Source: Haliotis rufescens
Lineage: Eukaryota
NCBI RefSeq assembly: GCF_023055435.1
Contig: NW_025964112.1
Coordinates: 53,878,001 to 53,942,000 of the forward strand
Direction: 5' to 3'
DNA length: 64,000 bases
The notes beneath the pieces were generated by a model. The model searched no databases. It had not been told where the DNA came from and saw only the letters and a program-made list of their open reading frames with translations. Numbering within the stretch: position 1 is the first letter of the stretch; the number at the start of each line of letters is the position of its first letter. A program made the translations under genes and the position numbers. Positions 1 to 11,900 of this stretch are shown here, in pieces.

Positions 1-384
1 ATGACTACGATGCTCATGTCGTCAACGACTGCCGCGATGTTTCTAAACAGTTTGAATTGAAACTATTATCGATTGTAGTCGGGTTTTTTTGCAATGGCGT
101 GGGGTTGTGTTTTAAAGAAAACCAAGACATATGGTTTAATGTCTCATGTATGTTCAGGCCTGGTGTTTGTTTCATAAAGCACAACTATTATCATTCTGTA
201 GTACAAAGATTCTAAATATATCGTACTGATGTACCGTATGCATGTCAAACTGCAATGGCATCTCTCAATTTCTGTACATTTGATCTGACCTTGAAATGAT
301 TCGAGGACATATTGTAGCAATGATTAAGTAAAATACATACCCCCGGGGTACCTGTGTCTAACGCTGTATGTACTGTTTTGCTAG

Positions 385-1327
385 CCGGAGCAGGGACTGC
401 CTAAGAGTGACCGAGGCCGGCGGTTCCGGAGCTACGAGGGCTATGACAACAAGGAGGTCAGGATGAGGGCTACTTTTTTCGGATTCGGGCCCAGTGAGTA
501 ACCTATGTGTGTCGACTCAGTTGTGCTGATGTGAAGACAGAAATCTGTGCGACTCTTCGTTTATTGCAGATGAATTTCTATATGTGTTAAAATATCGTTA
601 TTTTAGCTCTTGTGGACATACATATGTACCAGAAGAATATTTCACTTGGACAAGCGATTTTAATATAAACATGTGTTATGCCCTACAAGAATAAAACATA
701 TCAAGACATTTTCTAAATTTATTTCGATTATTTTCATTACTGTCAACTAAAAATAATGTTGTTTACGATACCAGTATTTATGTGTCTGCCTGTCACCAAT
801 GCAATTTTATACATGGAGGGAAACGTTCTGCAAAATATGTCTTGTACCAGCGTGGAGAAAAAAATGACTTGACTTGCTACAGCTTGCTATTGAATACGTT
901 TAGGGTTCAATTCCAAACATTGGTACAATGAAGCAAATCCATTCACCCTGTTCCTTGACGCGATAGTGCTGCAATGTGCCAATGAGACGTACAATCATGC
1001 TGTTTTCCATTACTGTGTGAAATTATACCAATGTTTTGTTCAAAATATCCCTCCTTATCTTCAGATCTGAAGCGAGGCTACACCTTGCCGGCGATAGAAA
1101 ACGTAAACCTTTATCAACTGATGTGTCGTATTTTACGGATAACTGCCGCGCCTAACAACGGAACCTGGAGCAACATTGAGGAAGCGTTCATCAAGGTCCC
1201 CTACCGACCTCTCATCACGTGGAAGAGAACATTCACATACGGACCAGTCCTGGCTGCCGTGTTGGTGGCCGCCATTATCTACTACGTCAAGTTCAGGAAA
1301 CACAGCGACAAACATAAGGAAGTTTGA
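385..1327 (+). CDS. 3' end (last two exons, 385-493 and 1065-1327) of an ENPP4/5/6/7-type ectonucleotide pyrophosphatase/phosphodiesterase; 5' exons lie upstream of the window
   Basis: ctag|CCG at 385 and CCC A|gtgagt at 493; ttcag| at 1065; phases match. Translation PEQGLPKSDRGRRFRSYEGYDNKEVRMRATFFGFGP-NLKRGYTLPAIENVNLYQLMCRILRITAAPNNGTWSNIE matches the NPP C-terminal motifs (xGYDN...MR..F...GP, LY.LMC..L...PNNG). It is followed by a hydrophobic helix and a basic tail. Confidence 0.88.
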
Positions 1328-2400
1328 GGAAGCATAGGGAATAGTAGTCGATAAGATAAGAAACAGGCTCTACTAGTCGATAAGTCGATGTACAGAGGAC
1401 CGTATTATCATGAACCCTTTCAGCGGATCCTGCTTTCTGATGTAGCAAACCTGTTAAAACTGATTTACCACACAGAGTGACCAGACTAACGTTATGTTTA
1501 TCATCACAAGCAAGTTGTATAATAGTCTGCAAAGATTTATAAAACGCCTCTATGAGTAGTGACCGATGTCTGATATCCGTGTCTGATCTCGCTGGGATAT
1601 TGCTGGAATGTTGCTTACAACAACGTAACACAATTCACTCACTCACTTTACTCGGGCGGGTCTTGTTAGTAATGTCATACGAATGTGTTCCAAAGCAGTA
1701 CAGGTGTTGAACCATCTTCAACACACAGGGGTGATTTATGAGTTGCATGTGGCTTGCCTGACACTGAAATAGCCACTTGTAGTTTTCAATGTATATACCC
1801 TCTCCATCTGCTGTGTTCATCGTGGATGCTTCAAGTCGTTTCAAACTCTCATATCAGACACGATCTGATCTTGTATATACATGGTTCTAGTGTGTTACTA
1901 GATCACACGTCAAGTGTTTGTATGTTTAAGTTTTGAATGTTTGAATAAATGGAAATACCACATGAAGTATCGATTGGTATGTCATATGTATTCAACATCC
2001 CCAGGCAGCTGGTAGATATGTGGACTCGTCGATCCATTGGAAATAGAACAACAAATATTACGTTGCTTATAAAAAGTGTGCGTCCCTGACGACGATGTCT
2101 GACCCCCACCATCGGGTACAGGAACAGGTGAATTCGGATGAAGGTCACTATTCCAAGGGAGGTAACTCACATTCCTGTTGAGTGCTAAAGATTTTATAAC
2201 GCTTCTTTAACCTGCGACTTGTCATAGACGCCATGTTGACTTTACATTGAACTTCGATTTTATTGTTTCTACCTTTCAGACATTTGAAGTGATCTGTGCT
2301 TTCGTAAAATACACATGCCTTATTCTCTAATTTCTTATTCTGTCCGTTCACTATAAATGTAGCTTTTATCATGAAACACAATATTTTAAACATAACAATA

Positions 2401-2406
2401 TTTATT
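2401..2406 (-). terminator. Candidate polyadenylation signal AATAAA of the ENPP6-like gene
   Basis: tttatt on the + strand, about 100 nt past the stop codon. Confidence 0.4.
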
Positions 2407-2508
2407 TCTATTGAAAATAGAGATAGATACTTGTATAAAAGACATTCTCTCTAATGTATACATTTCAAAATATACGACGGGAAATATATATATTTGACAA
2501 TCTGAAAT

Positions 2509-2717
2509 TTAAGAAAATACAACAAAGTTGAGCAGAGCCACCTGAACTACAGTAAGCGGTTGGAAAAACGTTCCAGATGATGATGTCTCAGCCAGCATGC
2601 CGCTGACGTTGTCCCACGTGCCGTTGTGGGGGGAAGGAGGGATGTCGACGATCTTGCACATCACCTGGTACAAATCTGTGACCTTTAGTGGGACAGTTAC
2701 CTCGTTCTTACGGAACG
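2509..2717 (-). CDS. ENPP6: ENPP6-like exon 7 (terminal)
   Basis: AFRKNEVTVPLKVTDLYQVMCKIVDIPPSPHNGTWDNVSGML...VALLNFVVFS*, TAA at 2511-2509. Confidence 0.88.
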
Positions 2718-2741
2718 CTGAAATGGAAGACAGGAACGTTG

Positions 2742-2783
<42 letters not shown>

Positions 2784-2933
2784 GTGAGTGAGTATGGTTT
2801 TACGCCGCTTTTAGCAATATCACGGCGGGGGACACCAGAAATGGGCTTCACACATTGTACCCATGTCGGGAAGCGAACGCTCTAACCACTACTGAGGCTA
2901 CCCGACCGCCCAATATTAATAATAATAATAATG

Positions 2934-2972
<39 letters not shown>

Positions 2973-5900
2973 GGGAGTGACATGCATCTTAAGTAGTCCT
3001 AATGCCCCTGGGAATTCCAGAAAGAGTTCCCACTATGCAAATAGGAAATGGGGATCGGGTGGTCACTGTGTGAAGTGGATGATTGTGTATGCTCTTCATG
3101 CCCCGACGGAGCGTGGCTCATGCAGTCAACAACTATGAAGTGTTTGGTCCCGAATTGGCTATTTACAGGTCGTCATAATATAACTTGAATTGTTCTGACT
3201 GACACGTAAAAAAAGAGTGAGTGAGTATGGTTTTACGCCGCTTTTAGCAATATACCAGCAATATCACGGCGGGGGACACCAGAAATGGGTTTCACACATT
3301 GTACCAACATCGGAAATCGAACCCGGGTCTTCGGCATCATAGGCATCGATCCACACAGTTGGAATCCGATGACATGCATAAACCAAGTCAGCGAGCCTGA
3401 CCATCCGATCCCGTTAGTCGCCTCTGAAGACAATCGTGTGATGCTGAAGACCAGTTCTAACCCGGATCGTCACGGGACGAGAATACAACTAACGCCTATG
3501 GACACCAGGTGAAAGATTTTGAGATCGCCCACAACTTGTATGCTGAACGGGAGCATTTGTCTGAATGATTTTAGCGTGGTCGCCTTTTACAGACAATTCA
3601 ATAATTGGCATCATGGGCATCGGTCTATGCAACTGGGTTACAATGACATGCATCAACCAAGTCAGCGAGCCTTACCACCCGACCCCGTTGGTCGCCTCTT
3701 ACGACAAGCACAGTCACCTTTTACAGCAATCATGGGTTGCTGAAGGCATATTCTGACCCGGATCTTCACGGGAGTACATGAATACTGATAAGATATTAGT
3801 GGAATATATCCTGAACAGATTTTATATTATTCAAAGCAATAAACGAATGATAATTTGGATCTTTTGGGTTCTTATCCGCTCTTTTTATTTATTCCGACCG
3901 AAATAGTACTTATATTACATTAGAAGCAGATATCTGTTTAAATAAATAAAATATATTTTGATACAGAAACAAATATTACAGGTATTAGCTAAATATATTC
4001 CTCATTGAACGTTTAAAAATGATATTGTATTGGTACATAATATACGGTAGCAGTGAGTGAGTGAGTGAATATGGTTTTACGCCGCTTTTAGCAATATTCC
4101 AGCAATATCACGGCGGTGGACATCAGAAATGGGCTTCACACATTGTACCCATGTCGGGAATCGAACCCGGGTCTTCGGCGTGACGAGCGAACGCCTTAGC
4201 CACTGGGCTACCCATCGCCCCACGTAAAATAAGAACATTTATTACCCTCATATACCCAACAGTGTAATCTAAATATCAGAACTACACAATTACTAGTATT
4301 CGGTTCTATGTTTACATCGGTTCGGGTAAAAAAAATCGTTATCAAATTTAGGGGGTGACCTCTCATAATGATTGCATCCAGTAAGATTGGGAACACATGC
4401 GTTAGTAGAATCTGGGCATGTAACCAAGTAAGTATATCCACGCACCTGGTCCAGTGGCTATAAATATCCCTCTCATGTCTGGTTCAGTGTTGTCGTATCC
4501 ATGTGTGCCCTGCATAGGACCCATAGTCGCGGAGGAAGCAGGGAAATGAGGGTATTTAGGCTGAAAACANNNNNNNNNNNNNNNNNNNNNNNNNNNNNNN
4601 NNNNNNNNNNNNNNNNNNNNNNNNNNNNNNNNNNNNNNNNNNNNNNNNNNNNNNNNNNNNNNNNNNNNNNNNNNNNNNNNNNNNNNNNNNNNNNNNNNNN
4701 NNNNNNNNNNNNNNNNNTGGTTGATACATGAAATATCTCTTTGTAGAGTTGCACATAATGCGTGGGAAATGGGTCTCATTAAAATCAGGTCCCAGTGCTC
4801 GTTACCACAACAGAACGACCTTTCGCGAACATTGACCGACTCATGAAATGACGAACAGGAAGTCGACATAAGCCACTCAGAAAACAGCTTTGTCGAGCTT
4901 TACGGCACTAGTTTCAAAATGGCGACTTTCATTCCCGATTGAAAATTGAAAATTGAATATGCGATCTTGTATGCGACGTTCTGATTGGTCGCATGAAAGG
5001 TCGTTCTGACGTGATCTGTAATGGGATGTCCTCAGATCTTTGTGTACCTGTAGCGAACACTGTAGCAAACACTGTAGCTACTTGTGGCAGAAGTGAAATA
5101 CACGAAGTAAAGGTAGGGGATATAACTCACAATGAGAATGGTCCAGCCGATATCCGCCACTGCCAGCAGAGGTGGAGTGAGTCGGCCATTTTTTAAATAC
5201 CATCTTTCTGGAATATCTTCTTTCTTGTACACTTTCAAGTGGTCGGAGATCCCAGCGAGCTTTCCATACAACTGGATATCAGTAAGAAAGTACACATTAC
5301 AGCGGAAATTAAATGGGGGGCACAAGGTAAATTGGTAATTTATCCTATGACCGTGTGAGTGAGTGAGTGTTGCTGCGCTTTTACCCTTTTATCAATATTC
5401 AGGCATATAGAGGTGGGGACCACAGAAATGGGCTTCAAAATTTGAACCCATATGAGGAATCGAACCCGGGGTTTTGGAGTGACGGGCGTACGCTAAAGCC
5501 ATAACGTTAATACACCGCTCCCGTATTATTGGAAGGGGAGACAAGGGAGAATCCCGGAAATGTACTGTTGGGAATCTGACGTCACACGCCTAGGATCATG
5601 AACTATATAGACAAATGTTTGGTCTGGATGTTTGGTTGATTTTCTGATGCCGTAAAATTTCAGCTATATGACGGTAGTCTGTAAATAAGCGAGTCATCCC
5701 AGCCAGCTCAACTTTTTCACCGAGATTTAAAACGCAAGAATATTCCCATTCACACTAGCATATCCGACTTCTTTCTGTCAAAAAACAGCTGTTTTACTGA
5801 TGATTTTAAGCCTCGTGTTGATGCAGGGGGTGAAAGAAGCGTTAATATCTCACGTCTTATCTAGTTCACACTGTAGGAGATGGTCCGCTGTCTTACAGAC

Positions 5901-8900
5901 AGTATATTCATATCTATCACATATCATGCCATTTGCAGCCGCAAACTTTAACATCACAGCATACTACTGCATGGTTATATTTATTACTAAACATATATTT
6001 TCTTAACTACCACATTTTTAACCCAAGCTTTTGTGCAGTGTTTGACTGACCGACTGAGTGAGTGCTATATATTCCAGCAAAATGACGTCGGTCTGTGAAT
6101 ATTCGAATAATCTATCATGAGCATCTATTCGCTCAATTTGGATACGATGACAACATGACGTCAATACACTATCGTGACGTACTATGGCGTTAGAAAAGAT
6201 AGCATATTGCGTCTGGTTTTTTTTCATAGGTCTTCAGCAACCCATGCTTGCCGTAAAAGACGACTATGCTAGTCGTAAGAGGCGACTAAGGTGATCGGGC
6301 GGTCAGGCTCGTTGACTTGGTTGATGATGCATGTCATCGATCCCAATTGCGTGGATCGATGCTCATGATATCAATCACTGGTTGTCTGGTCCAGGCTTGA
6401 ATATTTACAGACCGCCGTCATATAGCTTGAAAATCGCTGAGTGCGGCGTTAAACAACAAACCAACCAACCAACTATTATAACCCGATATCCCCACGAGGT
6501 AGTCCTTCGTGTCTAAAACGCTTCCATGCAACTAACCAGTCACACCAGACGTTACGAACCTGCTCCAGCCTCCCTGGTCGCGGCCATATCAAGACAGGCG
6601 TCCCGCTGTCCATAGTCATGAAGACATCATCTGGACTCATAACCCTGGTCAGATCTATCGTCCTTGTCGGGGAAATAGCGGTCATACCGTGGTCGGACGC
6701 TATCATAATGTTGACCTTGTCCGTGAGACCGCGTCGGTCAAGGTCATCCATCAGGAAGGCAAGTTGAGCATCAACGTCACGTAAAAAGCCCATCACTAAG
6801 GAGCTAAAGGGCCCACTGCGATGCCCGTACTTGTCTGCTAGCTCATAATAAATTCCTGTAAATACAACATTTTTTATTGATAATATGTAAGTTTGATGGT
6901 ATAAAACATTTTAAGAGTTATTTGGTTTTAACTTCGTATTTAACAGCATTTCAATCAAATCACAGGATGCCATCTTGATGTATGAGGAGAGAAAAGTGAT
7001 GCAGGTCTTAGACGTTCACCGTATTTTGCAGATAAACATAGAAACACAACCATTGTTTATGTATTATTCGAGCCAACGATGAGGGGTTTCTGATTGAGTG
7101 AGTGAGTGAGTATGGTTTTTCGCCTCTTTGAGCATTATTCCAGCAATATCACGGCGGAGGACACCAGAAATTGGCTTCACACATTGTACCCAAGTCGGGA
7201 ATCGAACCCGGGTCTTCGGCGTGACGAGCGAACGCTTTAACCACGAGGCTACCCCACCGCCCCTGGGGTTTCTGGACAACGAATTGCGGTTGATGGTTGA
7301 TCATGAAGCCAGTCACCGGATTGTCTGGTCTGGACTCGTATATTCACAGCTGTGTGCGACGTTAAACAACAACCAAACCACCAAACCTGCGAAGTCCGCC
7401 GTGTCTGCCTCCAGCTTGTTCAGTGCGTCTGTGAGAGCACCACGGGTGTCATTGATGGTGGGGGGCCTGTTGGGGTACTTCTGGCATTGGGTTGGACGCA
7501 GGCCCCGGATCTCCACCTCACACCCGCACCAGTAGTACATGTACGTCCTCTTTCCCTGTAGGAACACACACACAAGATTATCTGGTATGAAGTACCGTGT
7601 TACAAGAACGGTGATTCATGTCATTAACAACATTATGAGGGCATGATGAGCTGCAATCTCAGTCAGGTCAGTTATAAGAGTTACATTCTATACTCAACAC
7701 ATATCATGAACACCCAGTCTCCTTTGTTCACTTTTATTGAATTAATGGGCTTTCGATCTGAAAACAGTTAGTCATACAGTTAACATATACCTACCATTGC
7801 GTTCTTCTACCTCGCTGTGTACCTACCCGTAGGGTCAAATGGTGACCACATTGATCATTGCCGTATATATGGCAATAGATGGACGTGGAGTGAGTGAGTT
7901 GGGTTTAAGTTGGGTTTAACGCCGCTGTTAACAGTATTACAGTTATATCACGGCGTGTCAGCTTAATGTGGGAGGAAAGCCCGAAGTGATGCAGGTTTCA
8001 GACGTTTACTACTTTTATACGGTATAAAATGCTAGGTTTTCAAGACAGAATCAACCTGTGAAGATCCAGGAAGTCTCCAGAAACCCATGCTTGCCATAAA
8101 AGGTGACTATGCTTGTCGTAAGAGGCGACTAACGGGATCGGGTGGTCAGGCTCGCTGACTTGTTTGATGCATGTGATCGTATCCCAATTGCGTAAATCGA
8201 TGATCTTGATGTCAATCATTGGATTTTCAGGACAAGAATCAATTATTTGCAGACCGCCGTCACATAACGGGAATATTGCTAAGTGCGGCGTTAAACAAAA
8301 AACAAACAAACAAACCTGTCTGGTTGCAGTGATCCAGAAGGGGTCTCCTCCGTCCCACCAGTGTGCGTTGTATTGGTCTGGGTTTGTACCGATAAGGAAG
8401 GACTGGTTCCTGACGATGTCGTACATGTAGTTGCCGACCATGCCGTGACTCTCACAGTGGAGACCTGTTGGGAATCAATTCAAGTATAAAGTATTAATAT
8501 TTTATAATTTGCACAAAACATGTTTGTAAACAGGTGTTAGGGCGATATGATATTTTCTAGATAGTAAAGTAACGTAGAGCGATACATTAAACATTGATTA
8601 ATTGTGGTGGAGACGTTTGTTCAATCTATGTTTAACAGTGGTAGATGCTACTGATTTAGTATGTTAAATAGTGACAGAGGTTATTGTTCTATGTTGAATA
8701 GTAACAGAGGCTATTGTTCTATCTTACAGTGCATGAATAGTATTTTCCTTTCTGCCTATTCAGCTCTTTCTGTAACGCTACAGCTGTAAATGAAGCAAGT
8801 CTAGATTTTCAACAGATTCTGAATCCCCTATCTCACCGGCGCCCCCTTTCAATTCAAATATAGTTGTTTGTTCCATCTAAGTTACATATTTTAAGCCTTA

Positions 8901-11900
8901 ATCTAAGCGTTAGTCTACTATAATTGCTACAGCTATGTTAAATAGTGGTATAGGATATAGTCATTATTGTATTTGTCAAACAGCGTAGAAATATATCCAC
9001 GTAAATGCAGCATGGTTGTATATATGTATATGTTCATTGCACCTCCAACAGGTGAGTGAGTGCATGAGTGTGGTTTTACGCCGCATTAGCAATATCACGG
9101 TGGAGGACACCAGAAATGGGCTTCACACGTTGTAGCCATGGGAATCGAAACCGGGTCATCGACGTGACGCCACAACGCTTTAACCACTGGGCTACCCCAC
9201 AGCCAAGCCACGCGTGGTGTTACAATGTAATATTCATGTCTTGTAACATAATACCACTGAGCACATCAAGTCGCATGTCTATACCTCGAGTTGTTGTTAA
9301 CCTACAAGGTAGGTTGTTTTTTTAACTTTATAGTGTACGTGCCAGTTAAACATTAAGACATTTTAATCAAAACTTGGTTTACGAATTGACCGACTCCCAA
9401 AATTGAAATGCGACATATTTGTTTTGAAAAATAAGTAAAATGTTAAAAAAGACTTCATTTACTGCCGCTATCAATATAAATATAGTCTTTAAAATACTAC
9501 AATTAAAACCTGTTGAGAATTTATGCTTAAAACTTCAAAACACAACAAATTGTGACGAGCCCCTGTTCCTACCAACTTCACGTTTTTCCTACCTACTTAA
9601 CATTTTACGAAAATAAAAATATATATTGGAAATTGGAAATATTGTTTTTAAATTTGACCTACCGATCTGAATTTCTGGGCCGAAATTACGTTAAACATAA
9701 AAAGAGGTTGGCCTTACAATATTGATATCAGATAATGTGTGGATAGCATCAATAAACTATGTATGTAAACATTGTCGCCATGATACGGTGACACCAAATG
9801 CAACATAAACACCTGGTGTTCCGTCAGTGTATTAAAACATTACACATCAACTGGATTCATTTCTCTGTGGGTGTAATCTAATCAAGCCATACAGCGCGGA
9901 CTCGTCCTGCCTACGTACAATCACAGACATATATTACATCGATATGTCCACAGTATGGACCCGTGAAGATCCGGGGTAGAATAGGTCTTCAGCAACCCTT
10001 GCTTGTCGTAAGGGGCGACTGACGGGATCGGGTGGTCAGGCTCGCCCACTTGGTTGATACATGTCATCGCATCCCAATTGCGTGGATAAATGCTCATGAT
10101 GTCAATCGCTGGATTGTCTGATCCAAACTCGAATATTTACCGACCGCCGTCATATAGCTGGAGTATTGTTGAGTGCGGCGTTAAACAAAAACAAACAAAC
10201 AAACAAACAAACAAACAGACGCAATATGCTATCATGCTTCTGTGTGATTCATTTCTAACGACATAGTACGTCACGATAGTGTACTGACGTCATGATGTCA
10301 TCATATCCAAATTGAGCGGATATATGCTCAGGATATCAATCACTGGATTGCCGGGTCCAGACTTCAATAGTCACAGACCGACGTCATGTTGCTGGAATAT
10401 TGCGTCGTAAACAATTAACCACCAACCAAACTACATGTAGCACTCACTCTGTCGGTCAGTCTAACACTGCACTAAAGCTTGAATTAAAAATGAGGTAGTT
10501 AAGAAAATTTATTTTTAGAAATAAATATAAACATGCAGTAGAATGCTGTGATGTTAAAGATCTGCCTCTGCACCCCAAAACAATTTCACCATGTTTACAG
10601 ATATACGTCTTGATTATTATTTCACGCGGCTGCAAATGCTATGATATGTGATAGATATGAATAAACTGTCTGTTAGACAGCGGACTATCTCCTACAATGT
10701 GAACCAGATAAGACGTGAGACATTAACGCTACTTTCACCCCCTGCATCAACACGAGACTTAAAATCATCAGTAAAACAGCTGTTTTTCGGCAGAAAGAAC
10801 GCGGATATGGCAGTGTGAATGGGAATATGCTTGCGTTTTACATCTGGGCGAAAAAGTTGAGCTGGGTGGGGTGCCATCTCGCTGCAAGATAGAATAACAC
10901 TACGATGATGGTTCTTGCTCGCGATATAGAATCCCGTCGGTGAGTCTGGTTAAGCAAGACGTATTTCCTTCAATAGCTGCCGTTCTTTGAAGCATTCAAA
11001 CTATGAAAAAAAAGTTACACTCTGAGATCCCACTAAGACCCAATAAACCCTCAGTGATCAAAGATTACCTGTTTGAAAATGCTTGGATCTCGACCGCCTG
11101 ACGCGACTGCCAAAACGATAAGTTGGTTAGTGTATTTCTGAAGGTAGAAAAAGCACCGAGGGCCATGTTTATTTTTATTTTGTCTGTGTGAGAAAGTGGA
11201 GTCTTTTGACAGTTCCGGGTAAAGGGCATCTTGATAACGTTTATTCCCAGACGATGGAAAGTTATATAACTACGGTTATGGGGAAAAGATGTTAGGTTGG
11301 GTTCCAGTTTTCAGCTGCACACGATGAAATCCAGGCTTTTTGTCCGTCATCCCTACGCGGAAATGATTACACACACCCTGACCATAAATCTTTGGTACGA
11401 TAAGATCTTGATAAAGCAAGTCCCATTTTGTGCTGTATGTTATTGAAAATAATCAGCTTACTTTTTCTTAACCGGGACAGATACCACATCGACATGCATA
11501 ATAATATAGCGATAACATGTAATATATCATGAACAAATGTTTATTAAAAACTATCAAATAGTGATGATGCGAGGTGTTCGCGAAAAGGTGAGCCCCATGG
11601 GTAGCACCCGTCACAAACACAGGCAAAGTCAAGTCAACTATTTATCTTAAAAACACGGGAACAGATGGTACTCGGCGAAAGAAGGAATTGTATCGAACAT
11701 CATTTTTGCCACTGATCCTATGACCATTAATTGAGAATAACCTATTGCTTTTTGAAAAGAATGTGACAGAAACAAGAACCTCAGTTTCTTGCCCTGTGAT
11801 CTGTAACTGTCCGTAAATTGCCTCTCTGTCCGTGTGTTAAAAGTGATAAAGTGAATTACCACAAATACATTACAGCGCTATTTCCGTCCCAGCTGATCAG

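Noticed and set aside
4570-4717. Possible hidden exon in the N gap
   Set aside because: Exons 5 and 6 join in frame and the protein length is already typical, although a small exon cannot be strictly excluded.
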